Below are positions 19,158 to 28,535 of a DNA stretch of 64,000 nt, piece after piece (the stretch's first letter is position 1; each line of letters opens with the position of its first letter). The notes beneath the pieces were generated by a model. That model worked only from the letters and a program-made list of their open reading frames with translations, was not told the DNA's origin and searched no databases. The stretch is from positions 1 to 64,000 of the IMG/VR virus record IMGVR_UViG_3300007214_000060; one strand, 5' to 3'. The position numbers and the translations under genes are program-made. The DNA is from a virus.

Positions 19158-19795
19158 AAAAAGTTTTAACAAGTTTTGGTTTTGGTAGCCAGTCCGAACT
19201 ACTCAGTATTAGCTCGCCGACCCTACTAAAATATGCGCAAAAACAAGATTATGATTTATTTATACCTACAGAAAACTTTTTTAGCGATAACACTAAAACA
19301 AGACACTACTCTTGGTGGAAAATAGAGCTTATATCCAGACTTTTTGAACAATATGATAGAATTTTATGGATTGACGCCGATGTTGTTGTGTGCTATTTTG
19401 ATATTGATATTATGGCAGAGTTAGCCGAAGATAGTCATGTAGGTATGGTTGTGCATAAAACTAATATAGGATATGTGCCAAATTGCGGGGTTTGGGTTTT
19501 GGATAAAAAATGTATGGATTGGTTTCCGGACTTATGGAATCATGATAATTTACCAAGAAGCGACGGGTTTTGGGAACAAGACGCTATGCTATACAAACTT
19601 GGTATAGATACATCGTCCAACAATATACGGCTCCCAGAAACATTCCCTATTCCTTGGACACAGTTAGATTATTCGTGGAACCCCCATGTGCATGACTATA
19701 GAGGAATACCAAATAAATTAAGATTTTTCCATGCAACAATGTTTAATGATAGAGCAAAAATAATGAGACACATTATCTCTCAGATACAATTATGA
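19154..19795 (+). CDS. GT34/galactosyltransferase-like protein
   Basis: SWWKI, WIDAD (DxD), NCGVW, WEQDA. Confidence 0.75.
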   Translation: MKKVLTSFGFGSQSELLSISSPTLLKYAQKQDYDLFIPTENFFSDNTKTRHYSWWKIELISRLFEQYDRILWIDADVVVCYFDIDIMAELAEDSHVGMVVHKTNIGYVPNCGVWVLDKKCMDWFPDLWNHDNLPRSDGFWEQDAMLYKLGIDTSSNNIRLPETFPIPWTQLDYSWNPHVHDYRGIPNKLRFFHATMFNDRAKIMRHIISQIQL

Positions 19796-19929
19796 TTATT
19801 ATATTTTCAATAGCTATGCTTATTGGGTTTTTCCAGGGATTGAATAATTTATCTTTTTCTCAGCCAGCTTATCCAAATCTCATAAGCTATTTATTTTTTT
19901 ATGATATAAGAGACGATAATTATGAATAG
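19792..19929 (+). CDS. small membrane peptide (45 aa; not in ORF track)
   Basis: MIIIFSIAMLIGFFQG...; overlaps both neighbours in operon fashion. Confidence 0.45.
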   Translation: MIIIFSIAMLIGFFQGLNNLSFSQPAYPNLISYLFFYDIRDDNYE

Positions 19930-20455
19930 ACTACTAGATCAAAGAGTTTATCTTGCTGGTGCTATGGATAGAGTTGCCGACAGAGGAAACGGATGGAGAG
20001 ACAATATAACCCCATTTCTAGAATCAATTGGAATTATTGTTTTTAACCCAATCAAAAAACCAACATCCATAGGAGTAGAAGACGAAGAAACTCATAAAAT
20101 AAAGCTAAGACTAAAGTCGGAAGAAAATTACGATGAGCTGTCTCAGTTAATGAGAACTGTAAGATCTGTCGATCTAAGATTAGTTGACATTAGTGACTTC
20201 TTGATAGTTAATCTAGACCTGGATATTCACCCATGTGGCACATACGAAGAAATCTTTTGGGCAAACCGTCAAAAAAAACCTATAATAATACACATGGTAC
20301 AGGGTAAGTCACAGGCCCCAGATTGGTTGTTTGGTACAATTCCTCACCAGATGATTTTTTCTTGCTGGGACGAAATTAAACATTATTTAACCAATATAAA
20401 TTCTGCAAAAGATATTACCTACTATAATAGATGGTACTTTTTTAATTTTAAGTAA
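19922..20455 (+). CDS. nucleoside 2-deoxyribosyltransferase-like protein
   Basis: VYLAGAM, FNP, DL..V..SD, GTYEE. Confidence 0.75.
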   Translation: MNRLLDQRVYLAGAMDRVADRGNGWRDNITPFLESIGIIVFNPIKKPTSIGVEDEETHKIKLRLKSEENYDELSQLMRTVRSVDLRLVDISDFLIVNLDLDIHPCGTYEEIFWANRQKKPIIIHMVQGKSQAPDWLFGTIPHQMIFSCWDEIKHYLTNINSAKDITYYNRWYFFNFK

Positions 20456-20461
20456 ACAACA

Positions 20462-20659
20462 ATGCCAAAATATTATATAAAAATTAATCAATCTAAATTC
20501 ATTGTAGATCAAAAAAGCTATGATAATGCTATTAAAACAATTTTGTCTAAGTATAAAAACACATTCGAACTAGGATCCAAAGTTTATATTAGCGAGATTG
20601 GATTTGATTACACTTCTTGGATATGTTCAAAGATAGATAAGTATTTACTTAATAGATAA
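20462..20659 (+). CDS. hypothetical protein
   Basis: ORF in operon. Confidence 0.5.
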   Translation: MPKYYIKINQSKFIVDQKSYDNAIKTILSKYKNTFELGSKVYISEIGFDYTSWICSKIDKYLLNR

Positions 20660-20671
20660 TAAAAAATAAAT

Positions 20672-21799
20672 ATGATTATAGAACCAGAATTAAAATTAGA
20701 TTTTGACGATGTTTTAATTATCCCACAGAGATCGACGCTGACCAGTAGATCAGAAATTATAGTAGAAAGAACATTTAAATTTTACCACAGTCCAAGAGTT
20801 TGGTCTGGTGTTCCTATAATTTGCTCTAATATGAGTTTTGCTTCATTTGAAATGAGTAATGCTCTTATAAATCACAAAATGATAACCTGTTTGCATAAGT
20901 ATCATGACATAGATAGTTTATGTAATTATTACTCTTCTGATAATAAAGAAAATAAAGTAAATTACGCTTGGGTATCTATTGGGTACAAAAATTCTGATCT
21001 AAATAATTTAATTCAGTTTAAAAGTATCACTAATATTCAACCAAATATATGCATAGATGTACCTAACGGGCATATGGATGTTTTTTTTAAATATTGCAGA
21101 AAAGTTAGAGAGAATTTTCCGCAGTCAATTATTATGGCAGGAAATGTAACAAACAAATCCTCCACGCAAGAGCTTCTTATTCATGGTGGAGTTGACATAG
21201 TTAAGTGCGGTATAGGCGGGGGCTCTGCTTGCACAACCAGGTTTATAACAGGGTGCGGCGTACCACAGTTATCGTGCTGTATAGATAATGCTTATATAGC
21301 TCATGGGTTATCTAATGGCGATAAAAAATTAGGGCTAATATGTTCTGATGGTGGTCACAAAAATAGTGGCGATGTTTGTAAGGCTTTATGTGCCGGATCT
21401 GATTTTGTAATGCTTGGTGGTTATTTTGCTGGTTCAGAAGAATGCAAAGGAGATTGGGATTATGAATATAAAATGCGAAGTGGTGGATGGCAACCATTCG
21501 ATCCAGGTGGAGAGAATGTAGAGAAACGTAAAACAAAATTTACTTACTATGGCATGAGTACTCATCATTCTCAAAATATTTTTGAGGGCACAACAAAAGA
21601 TTACAGAGCGTCGGAAGGAACTAGAATTACAACAAAATATAAGGGGAGCGTAAGCTCTATTATACAGGAATTACTCGGCGGTGTTAGATCGTGCTGTTGC
21701 TATATAGGGGCGGATACTATTAAAAATATGAGTAGGTGCGCTCAGTTTGGAAGAGTTTCAAAAATACACAATAATACAAATCCAATATTTGGTACATAA
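20672..21799 (+). CDS. guaC: GMP reductase (IMPDH/GMPR family)
   Basis: KLDFDDVLI.PQRSTL.SR, CIDVPNG, GIGGGSACTTR, SDGG, YGMS, YRASEG. Confidence 0.88.
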   Translation: MIIEPELKLDFDDVLIIPQRSTLTSRSEIIVERTFKFYHSPRVWSGVPIICSNMSFASFEMSNALINHKMITCLHKYHDIDSLCNYYSSDNKENKVNYAWVSIGYKNSDLNNLIQFKSITNIQPNICIDVPNGHMDVFFKYCRKVRENFPQSIIMAGNVTNKSSTQELLIHGGVDIVKCGIGGGSACTTRFITGCGVPQLSCCIDNAYIAHGLSNGDKKLGLICSDGGHKNSGDVCKALCAGSDFVMLGGYFAGSEECKGDWDYEYKMRSGGWQPFDPGGENVEKRKTKFTYYGMSTHHSQNIFEGTTKDYRASEGTRITTKYKGSVSSIIQELLGGVRSCCCYIGADTIKNMSRCAQFGRVSKIHNNTNPIFGT

Positions 21800-21800
21800 A

Positions 21801-22919
21801 ATGAAATCAAGAATAAATATATATTGCCCAATAGGTAAAACCGGATACGGTGTCACATCGCTTAATATATTCAAGAGTCTGTCAGATATTGGAGTAGACA
21901 TATGTTTGTTTCCAATTGGACAAAATATAGAATTAAATAGCGAGGAAGAAAAACCAAACGTTCTAGAGGCCATAAGAAAAAACAAACTCTTCGACCCAAC
22001 AGCGCCATGTTTAAAAATATGGCATCAAAATGATTTAGCGCTAAGAATTGGTCGTGGACATTTTTATAGTTTCCCATTCTTCGAATTAGATTCTCTCTCT
22101 GAACAAGACGTACATCATATTAATTCTTGTGATGGTGTTTTTACGGCTTCTAGATGGTCAAAAAATATTATGATATCAAATAATGTTACTGTCCCAATAA
22201 CGGTGGCTCCTTTAGGTGTTGACATGAACATATTTAAAACGCCAACCAAAATCAAAATAGATAACGGATCTTATGTATTTTTTCATATAGGAAAGTGGGA
22301 AACAAGAAAAAGTCAAGATTTTTTACTAAAAGCATTTGAAACAGCTTTTGATGTGAACGATAATGTAGAGTTATGGCTAGCTCCACACAATATGTTTCTT
22401 AACGAACAAGAAGAAGCAGAATGGCTAAAATTAGCAGAAAATAATAAATTAAGAAATAAGATAAAAATTTTTAGTAGATTTCCAACTCAATATAATTTAG
22501 CAGAGTTTATTTTTTATGGGGATTGTGGAGTATTTTTATCTAGGGCTGAGGGGTGGAATAACGAAATTCTGGAATGTATGGCTATGGATAAACCAATAAT
22601 AGCCACAAACTATTCTGCGCACACGGAGTATCTTAACCAGTCTAATAGTTTTATGATAGATATAGATGAGCTAGAGGTTGCTAATGACAATAAATGGTTT
22701 TTTGGTAATGGAAAATGGGCTAAATTAGACCACAAACAGTTAGAGCAAACTGTTGAAGCCATGAGAATGGTGTACTATGATAACATTAGAACAAATCAAT
22801 CTGGCTTAGAAACAGCTAAGCTTTATAGCTGGTCTAATACTAGTAAAATTATTCATGACACATTAACTAAAAACGGTAGCTACTATGCCAATCCCACAAA
22901 GAGAAAAAAACGAAGATAA
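21801..22919 (+). CDS. GT4 (RfaB-like) glycosyltransferase
   Basis: TGYG, IGKWETRK, SRAEGWNN..LECMA..KPIIATNYSAH. Confidence 0.85.
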   Translation: MKSRINIYCPIGKTGYGVTSLNIFKSLSDIGVDICLFPIGQNIELNSEEEKPNVLEAIRKNKLFDPTAPCLKIWHQNDLALRIGRGHFYSFPFFELDSLSEQDVHHINSCDGVFTASRWSKNIMISNNVTVPITVAPLGVDMNIFKTPTKIKIDNGSYVFFHIGKWETRKSQDFLLKAFETAFDVNDNVELWLAPHNMFLNEQEEAEWLKLAENNKLRNKIKIFSRFPTQYNLAEFIFYGDCGVFLSRAEGWNNEILECMAMDKPIIATNYSAHTEYLNQSNSFMIDIDELEVANDNKWFFGNGKWAKLDHKQLEQTVEAMRMVYYDNIRTNQSGLETAKLYSWSNTSKIIHDTLTKNGSYYANPTKRKKRR

Positions 22920-23400
22920 ACAAAAATTTGTTAGTCGTTGTATGAGCAACGAAACAATGAAAAAAGATTATCCAGACACACAACAACGAGTGGCTGTATG
23001 TCTGAGTCAAACACGACAAAAAGGTAAATCTCAAATCTTAGAAGAAGTCCATGATGAGCTATTTGCAAAAAATTGCTCTTGGGATGACGAGTGGGATGAA
23101 TTTGTTTGGGAAATCGAGACAAAACAAGTTTATGATGAAAATGGCGTAGCTCTTGGCGCAGAATATCAAGGCAGAAAGGTGTCTCTAAATAAACCCTTTA
23201 GAACACCGGACGGACCCAAAAAATTTAGTGTGTATGTTATGAACGACAATGGAAATGTTGTAAAAGTAAATTTTGGTGATCCAAATATGAAAATCAAAAA
23301 ATATATACCAGAAAGACGAAAAAGCTTCAGAGCCAGACACAAATGTGATCAGCAAAAAGATAAAACAACACCAGCATACTGGTCTTGTAAAATGTGGTAA
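22885..23400 (+). CDS. modular phage protein with DUF6321-like C-terminal module
   Basis: AEYQGRKV.LNKPFR...VKVNFGDPNMKIK...RRKSFRARHKC...YWSCKMW. Confidence 0.6.
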   Translation: MPIPQREKNEDKQKFVSRCMSNETMKKDYPDTQQRVAVCLSQTRQKGKSQILEEVHDELFAKNCSWDDEWDEFVWEIETKQVYDENGVALGAEYQGRKVSLNKPFRTPDGPKKFSVYVMNDNGNVVKVNFGDPNMKIKKYIPERRKSFRARHKCDQQKDKTTPAYWSCKMW

Positions 23401-23407
23401 TATTCAG

Positions 23408-24061
23408 ATGAATCTAAGTAGAATATTATTCAAAAGCAAAATAGATAGTCTTGGATTCGACACAGTATATGTTGAAAAACCCATGTCTAATCTTGTGGAT
23501 TTTGATTGGAAAAAAATTCTTAAAGCTCCACGAGACAACTCGAGTTCAGATACTATTAAAGAGCTTCATTTAATATCAAAAGTAACATCGAGCAGAAACC
23601 AAAAAGATATTGAGCTTATTCACAACATAGATCAAGATATACATCAACCATTTATTAATTTATTAAAACAATATAATCTAAAATATCCGCAAAATTATAT
23701 ACAATCATTTTATGATATCGTTAAGCCTGTTCTATTAAACACAAAAAGCTATTGGAATAGGCCAAGACCCAAACAGTTGGCCGATATGTACGATATAGAT
23801 ATAAAGATAATTTTAACAGACACCATACATAGCGCATCCTACCCATCAGGACATACGGTGTATAGTAGTTTAGTGGCTAATATACTTAGAGATATCTATC
23901 CACAAATTGTAAAAAAAGAATTGGATAATATAGTTCTACAAACAGCAAAAGCAAGAGTACTACAGGGAGTACACTATCCAACAGACAATAAAGCATCGAT
24001 AATTTTTAGTAAATTTATATTTGATAATCTAAACCCAAAACTCAGGAAACTAATACAATGA
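23408..24061 (+). CDS. PAP2-family acid phosphatase
   Basis: K..WNRPRP, SYPSGH, ARVLQGVHYPTD. Confidence 0.85.
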   Translation: MNLSRILFKSKIDSLGFDTVYVEKPMSNLVDFDWKKILKAPRDNSSSDTIKELHLISKVTSSRNQKDIELIHNIDQDIHQPFINLLKQYNLKYPQNYIQSFYDIVKPVLLNTKSYWNRPRPKQLADMYDIDIKIILTDTIHSASYPSGHTVYSSLVANILRDIYPQIVKKELDNIVLQTAKARVLQGVHYPTDNKASIIFSKFIFDNLNPKLRKLIQ

Positions 24062-24825
24062 CAAGATATAATGATATATTAAATGGTATCAAACAAAGTA
24101 TAGAAACAGAAGCCGCTCAAAAAACCTATAAGGGTAAAAAAAGAAGTGAGCTTAAAGATACCGACTTTTTGTTTCCAGAAACGAGATCTTTTCCGATTGT
24201 ATCTCCAACAGATATTCCGGATGCTATTAGTAATTTTGGGAGAATGAAAGGACAAATGAGCTATGAGGCTTTCTTAAAGAAATTGTATGATATGGCTAAA
24301 AGAAAAGGGCCAGAGTTTGTTGCCGCTTTACCAAAAGCAACAAAAGAAAAACTAGGAATTAAAACAGCAAAAGCAGAATGTGAACCAGATGATTCTCCAG
24401 AAGAATGCCAAAAGGAAAAGATGGAAGACCAATTAGAACTAGAAATGATGAAGCAAAAATTACAAAAGATGCAAAGCGAAAAAACCGATATTTATCCAGA
24501 AAATGAATACCAAGAGGATAGACTGAGCTTGTTATCAGAAGATGAAATGGAAGAAGAAGAGCCAGAAGAAGAAATGAAAGAATATAAACAAGACTTTTAT
24601 GAAATGAGTGTTGGTTCTATTAAGTCGATCATGACACACGCATATAATATACTCAAAGCATTAGACAACCCTTCGGTAAAAAACAATTTGACAGAGAGCT
24701 GGCTGCAAGGTAAAATCGCTGTTACCGAGGATTACATGATAACAATTCATAATTTTGTAATGTTCGGCCCCTCAGAGACCGATACTGATGGTAGCGAAAC
24801 CGAGGGTGTCGAAAAAAAAAATTAA
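24058..24825 (+). CDS. modular acidic/basic phage protein; likely extended to 25031 by a -1 shift
   Basis: Ends GAA AAA AAA AAT TAA in an A10 run; the -1 frame continues with protein-like sequence. Confidence 0.65.
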   Translation: MTRYNDILNGIKQSIETEAAQKTYKGKKRSELKDTDFLFPETRSFPIVSPTDIPDAISNFGRMKGQMSYEAFLKKLYDMAKRKGPEFVAALPKATKEKLGIKTAKAECEPDDSPEECQKEKMEDQLELEMMKQKLQKMQSEKTDIYPENEYQEDRLSLLSEDEMEEEEPEEEMKEYKQDFYEMSVGSIKSIMTHAYNILKALDNPSVKNNLTESWLQGKIAVTEDYMITIHNFVMFGPSETDTDGSETEGVEKKN

Positions 24826-25031
24826 AGATAAAGGATCTTCCTCACTATAGTTATTACAACAAAAATTATCCGGGAGTTACAACGCCAAATAGTTTTGGTC
24901 AAAGTGATAAGCCTGGGCTTTGGGAAAATATAAGACAAAAAAAACAAAAAATGGGTAAAAACTATAGACCAGCAAGGCCCGGAGAAAAGGATAGACCAGA
25001 TAAAAAAGCGTGGAAAAAAGCTCAAAAATAA
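24822..25031 (+). CDS. -1 frame extension (LKIKDLPHYSYYNKNYPGVTTPNSFGQSDKPGLWENIRQKKQKMGKNYRPARPGEKDRPDKKAWKKAQK)
   Basis: Open frame 24795-25031 with no ATG before the PGLWENIR motif; fills the gap to the next gene. Confidence 0.55.
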   Translation, partial: LKIKDLPHYSYYNKNYPGVTTPNSFGQSDKPGLWENIRQKKQKMGKNYRPARPGEKDRPDKKAWKKAQK

Positions 25032-25045
25032 TTAAGGAATAAAAT

Positions 25046-25681
25046 ATGATATATAAAATATTATTTGTTATAATGATATGCATCATTGGCGATATGTCTT
25101 TCGCTGAGACTTTTGATTTGTTGTCCACTAATGAGCAAATAAAAGTAAAATTTATTCCACAGAATGAAAAACAAGCAAATATTGTTATTGAAAATAACAC
25201 AGATAAACCTGTCTCGATACGTTTACCAAGATCATTCGCCGCTGTTCCCGTTTTAGCTCAGGCTGTTGGGGCTGGATTTAACAACGGCGGAATACAACCA
25301 TTCAACAATGGTGTTGGCTTCAATAATGGCGGTATTCAACAACCACAGAGGGTTGCTGGCGGATTCGCATCTACTAACGAAATACATATTAAAGGTAATG
25401 GTAAAAAAACAATCCAGGTCAACACTCTTTGCGTTGACTATGGCGCTCCTATTCCTAATCCTAGGATAACATATGAGCTGGTAAATATTGATTTTGTGTC
25501 CTCAGACTCTAGATTATATTCTGTAATAGATATGATGACAGAACTAACAATAGATCAAAAATCTGCACAAATACTAGCTTGGCACATTAATAGTAAAATA
25601 TCTATAGACTCTCTGGTAAAAACCGGAGAAATCTCTATTGATCAAGCACAACTAGTGAATTCATACGTATCTCAACTATAA
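25046..25681 (+). CDS. secreted protein resembling a planctomycete-type hypothetical family
   Basis: Signal peptide; IRLP.SFAAVPVLAQ, Gly-rich linker with GFNNGGIQ x2, LCVDYGAPIPNPRITY. Confidence 0.5.
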   Translation: MIYKILFVIMICIIGDMSFAETFDLLSTNEQIKVKFIPQNEKQANIVIENNTDKPVSIRLPRSFAAVPVLAQAVGAGFNNGGIQPFNNGVGFNNGGIQQPQRVAGGFASTNEIHIKGNGKKTIQVNTLCVDYGAPIPNPRITYELVNIDFVSSDSRLYSVIDMMTELTIDQKSAQILAWHINSKISIDSLVKTGEISIDQAQLVNSYVSQL

Positions 25682-25688
25682 AACTATC

Positions 25689-25880
25689 ATGAATAATTAT
25701 AAGAATAATAGATCTGCCGAAATATTAAATGAGATTCAGAAACAAAAAATTACAAACGTTTCACAGAACCAATACGAGTACGAGTGCTCTAAATGTGGAT
25801 TGACATTGGTTTTTAATAGAAATCAAACTAATGTTATTTGTCCAAATGATGGAAAAACGATGAGAAGAGTAAGTAGATAG
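25689..25880 (+). CDS. small Zn-ribbon protein
   Basis: YECSKCG...CPNDG..M. Confidence 0.6.
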   Translation: MNNYKNNRSAEILNEIQKQKITNVSQNQYEYECSKCGLTLVFNRNQTNVICPNDGKTMRRVSR

Positions 25881-25957
25881 TATCTTATAAATAGTTAATT
25901 ACTATAAGATGCAAAACGATTTGTTACAAGGATTATTTTATCTAGGAGGTATAATAT

Positions 25958-26608
25958 ATGTTATTAAAGATTCAGGGTGTTGGTAATCAAAAAATTAAAT
26001 ACAAAAATGCTAATGATATCAGTTTTGACAGCTTACAGAGCTATCTAAAAATAGCAAAAAAAGCCATATCCAAGTTTAGCAATAGTATTTATAGTGGATT
26101 GTCTAAAAAAATGTTGAGCGACGAGGACGCAATATCAGATGTTGCAAACGCTATTATGATGGCTGACTGGAGGTGGGATGAAAACTATCAAAACACAAAA
26201 GGAACAAAAAAAACCAAATATTCCTATAGAAATCAATGCGCTATATGGGCCATACAAAGTTATGCTACAAAATATACAAAAAAACTCAAGAAAATAAAAA
26301 ACGTATATTCATTGAATCATCACTCGGATAGTTCAGATAACGCGGATATGTACAACGTCATAGCGGATAATAGAGCAGAGTCCCCGGATTGTGTTGCTGA
26401 GAACAGTGAGAAAGAACACGTACTAAAGAATTTGGTACAAACATTAATTAATAATGATTGTTTATCTGACAGGCAAAAGGACTATATTAAACTATACTAT
26501 TTTGAAAACCTGACCTTTGATAAAATTGGTAAGAAATATGGTATTACACGCGAAGCAGTTAGACAGGGACTCAACAAGGCCCTAGAATTAATAAGAGGTA
26601 TGATTTGA
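25958..26608 (+). CDS. phage sigma70-like factor
   Basis: Region-2-like DAISDVANAIMMA.WRWD...TKYSYRNQCAIWAI; region 4 LSDRQK...LTFDKIGKKYGITREAVRQ. Confidence 0.8.
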   Translation: MLLKIQGVGNQKIKYKNANDISFDSLQSYLKIAKKAISKFSNSIYSGLSKKMLSDEDAISDVANAIMMADWRWDENYQNTKGTKKTKYSYRNQCAIWAIQSYATKYTKKLKKIKNVYSLNHHSDSSDNADMYNVIADNRAESPDCVAENSEKEHVLKNLVQTLINNDCLSDRQKDYIKLYYFENLTFDKIGKKYGITREAVRQGLNKALELIRGMI

Positions 26609-27012
26609 TGGGAAAAAATAAAAAAGACAAATTCTCTGTCTGCTGCCATTGCGTAATGATAGGCACGGACATAAAGAATATTAAACAATACATACTATCA
26701 ACTAAACCAGATCAAATTGATATACCAAAATTCTATATAAATCATGAGAATCTAAAAGATTTAGACACCAATATAGTAACATATATGCAAACACTGGTTG
26801 CTATTAGTGACATAGAATTAACTCCTCAGCTAATAGCTTTGCACTCGTCACATATAGAAACTAAAGAAAACGAACTCAATACCGTCTATGGATTTGTATC
26901 AAATTATACGGACAGCATAGACCATGATAAGGTGCATTGGATAGAATTTAAATATAACGAATATACTCCATACAGCTATTTAATAGCTGAGGTAACGAGA
27001 AAACTAAAGTGA
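26605..27012 (+). CDS. hypothetical protein
   Basis: ORF in operon. Confidence 0.55.
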   Translation: MMGKNKKDKFSVCCHCVMIGTDIKNIKQYILSTKPDQIDIPKFYINHENLKDLDTNIVTYMQTLVAISDIELTPQLIALHSSHIETKENELNTVYGFVSNYTDSIDHDKVHWIEFKYNEYTPYSYLIAEVTRKLK

Positions 27013-27407
27013 TAAATAGACTTTTTGAATATTTTGGATACAGAAAAATAGAAGAATGTCAAAAAGAATTTCCTTATTCGAAATCCAATTACATATGTTT
27101 TATTGTTGATCCAAAAAATAACGAACCAACAATTAGAATTAATATAGCAGATCTATCCGATATTGGATGTTTGAAATATTCTGAACTTATTCTTAATATG
27201 AATTTTGGAGCCTATCAAAAAAACATAGGAAGCATACTACAAAATCTTAGTAAAAAAGATCCCGATATAGAAGCGTTTGTGCATAATTTAACTCTTAATC
27301 TCGATAATCTTTTACAGGAAATAAGGCTGCAAGAATTAGATAACATAAATAAATTATCTCTAAAACCATTAGTCAAACCAACTCATTTTCAAAATAATGT
27401 CAAATAA
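27009..27407 (+). CDS. hypothetical protein
   Basis: ORF in operon. Confidence 0.55.
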   Translation: MINRLFEYFGYRKIEECQKEFPYSKSNYICFIVDPKNNEPTIRINIADLSDIGCLKYSELILNMNFGAYQKNIGSILQNLSKKDPDIEAFVHNLTLNLDNLLQEIRLQELDNINKLSLKPLVKPTHFQNNVK

Positions 27408-27831
27408 TTCTTTCGAACCTAAGATAGTTTGGGAAAAATGGGTTGATCCATTTGGAGAAGATATTGATGAAGTTAAGTGGAATGATTACGAAGATGAAGA
27501 CAATGAGATATATGAGCAGTCCGAACAGCTAAAAAACCACTTAAAAAAACCGGTAAAGGTTATAGCTTCTCCGCTCGGATTAATACCATATAATGAATAT
27601 ACGGCTAGTGGAAAAATTTTTAATTTTTGGATTGGTCATACAAACTTTAATATTTCTCAAGAGCTTGTAAATTGTTTAGAGGAAATAGACGGGATAGAAA
27701 TTTTGGATGTGTTTACTAGATACAGATTTAGAATAGCAATAGGTAAATGCTTTACTGATCATGGCGTAATGAATAATATAAAAGAATCTATTTATAGTTT
27801 TTTTAATATACCAATCTTTTATGATGAATAA
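27397..27831 (+). CDS. hypothetical protein
   Basis: ORF in operon; FWIGHTNFNI, TRYRFRIAIGK. Confidence 0.6.
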   Translation: MSNNSFEPKIVWEKWVDPFGEDIDEVKWNDYEDEDNEIYEQSEQLKNHLKKPVKVIASPLGLIPYNEYTASGKIFNFWIGHTNFNISQELVNCLEEIDGIEILDVFTRYRFRIAIGKCFTDHGVMNNIKESIYSFFNIPIFYDE

Positions 27832-28534
27832 ACTAAATAAAAATAAAAAAAATTCCGATATTTGCGAGAATCAAAGATCAATAGCTGAATTATCAGATTT
27901 ACATTATTTTGGTATAGATGTTCAGAATAGAGAAATATATCTTCATTCTTACTTAGATACAGAAGATGAAGCTGGAGTTGATTATAGATCAGCAATTATA
28001 TTTGAAAAAAATCTACGATATCTGAATTTATTATCTTTAGACCCAATAGTGGTTCATATGCATTTGCCGGGAGGCGATTGGCAAGATTGTTTGGGAATAT
28101 ATGACAATATAAAAAATAGTAGAGCAAAAGTTGCTCTGGTTGCATATGCAAAAGTAGAGTCAAGTAGTAGTGTTTTATTGCAAGCTGCCGATCTCAGAAT
28201 ACTCAGTCCTAACACAAATTTTTTAGTTCACTATGGATCCATCAGCGTTGATAACGAACATAAAGCTGCTCTGAGCATGGTACAATGGAGCGAAAAAGAA
28301 AGTGAAAAAATGATAGATATATTTACCGAAAAGTGTATGAATAGTATTATATGTAAAGAAAAAAATTGGAAAAGAATGATGGTCAAAAAACATATTGTAA
28401 CACAATTAGCAACAAAACGAGATTGGATTTTAGACGCAGAAGAGGCTGTGAAATATAACTTTGCAGATGGTATTCTGGGCAGTAAAAAATATCCAAATAT
28501 AGATTATATTAAAAATATGCTAAAGAAAAAATAA
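27821..28534 (+). CDS. clpP: ClpP-family serine protease
   Basis: REIYL, PGGD...IYD, VESSSS (Ser), LVHYG (His), RDWILDAEEA..Y.FADGI. Confidence 0.8.
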   Translation: MMNKLNKNKKNSDICENQRSIAELSDLHYFGIDVQNREIYLHSYLDTEDEAGVDYRSAIIFEKNLRYLNLLSLDPIVVHMHLPGGDWQDCLGIYDNIKNSRAKVALVAYAKVESSSSVLLQAADLRILSPNTNFLVHYGSISVDNEHKAALSMVQWSEKESEKMIDIFTEKCMNSIICKEKNWKRMMVKKHIVTQLATKRDWILDAEEAVKYNFADGILGSKKYPNIDYIKNMLKKK

Positions 28535-28535
28535 T

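Noticed and set aside
25886-25893. T4-type late promoter TATAAATA
   Set aside because: Single intergenic instance in very AT-rich DNA; not recurrent before structural genes
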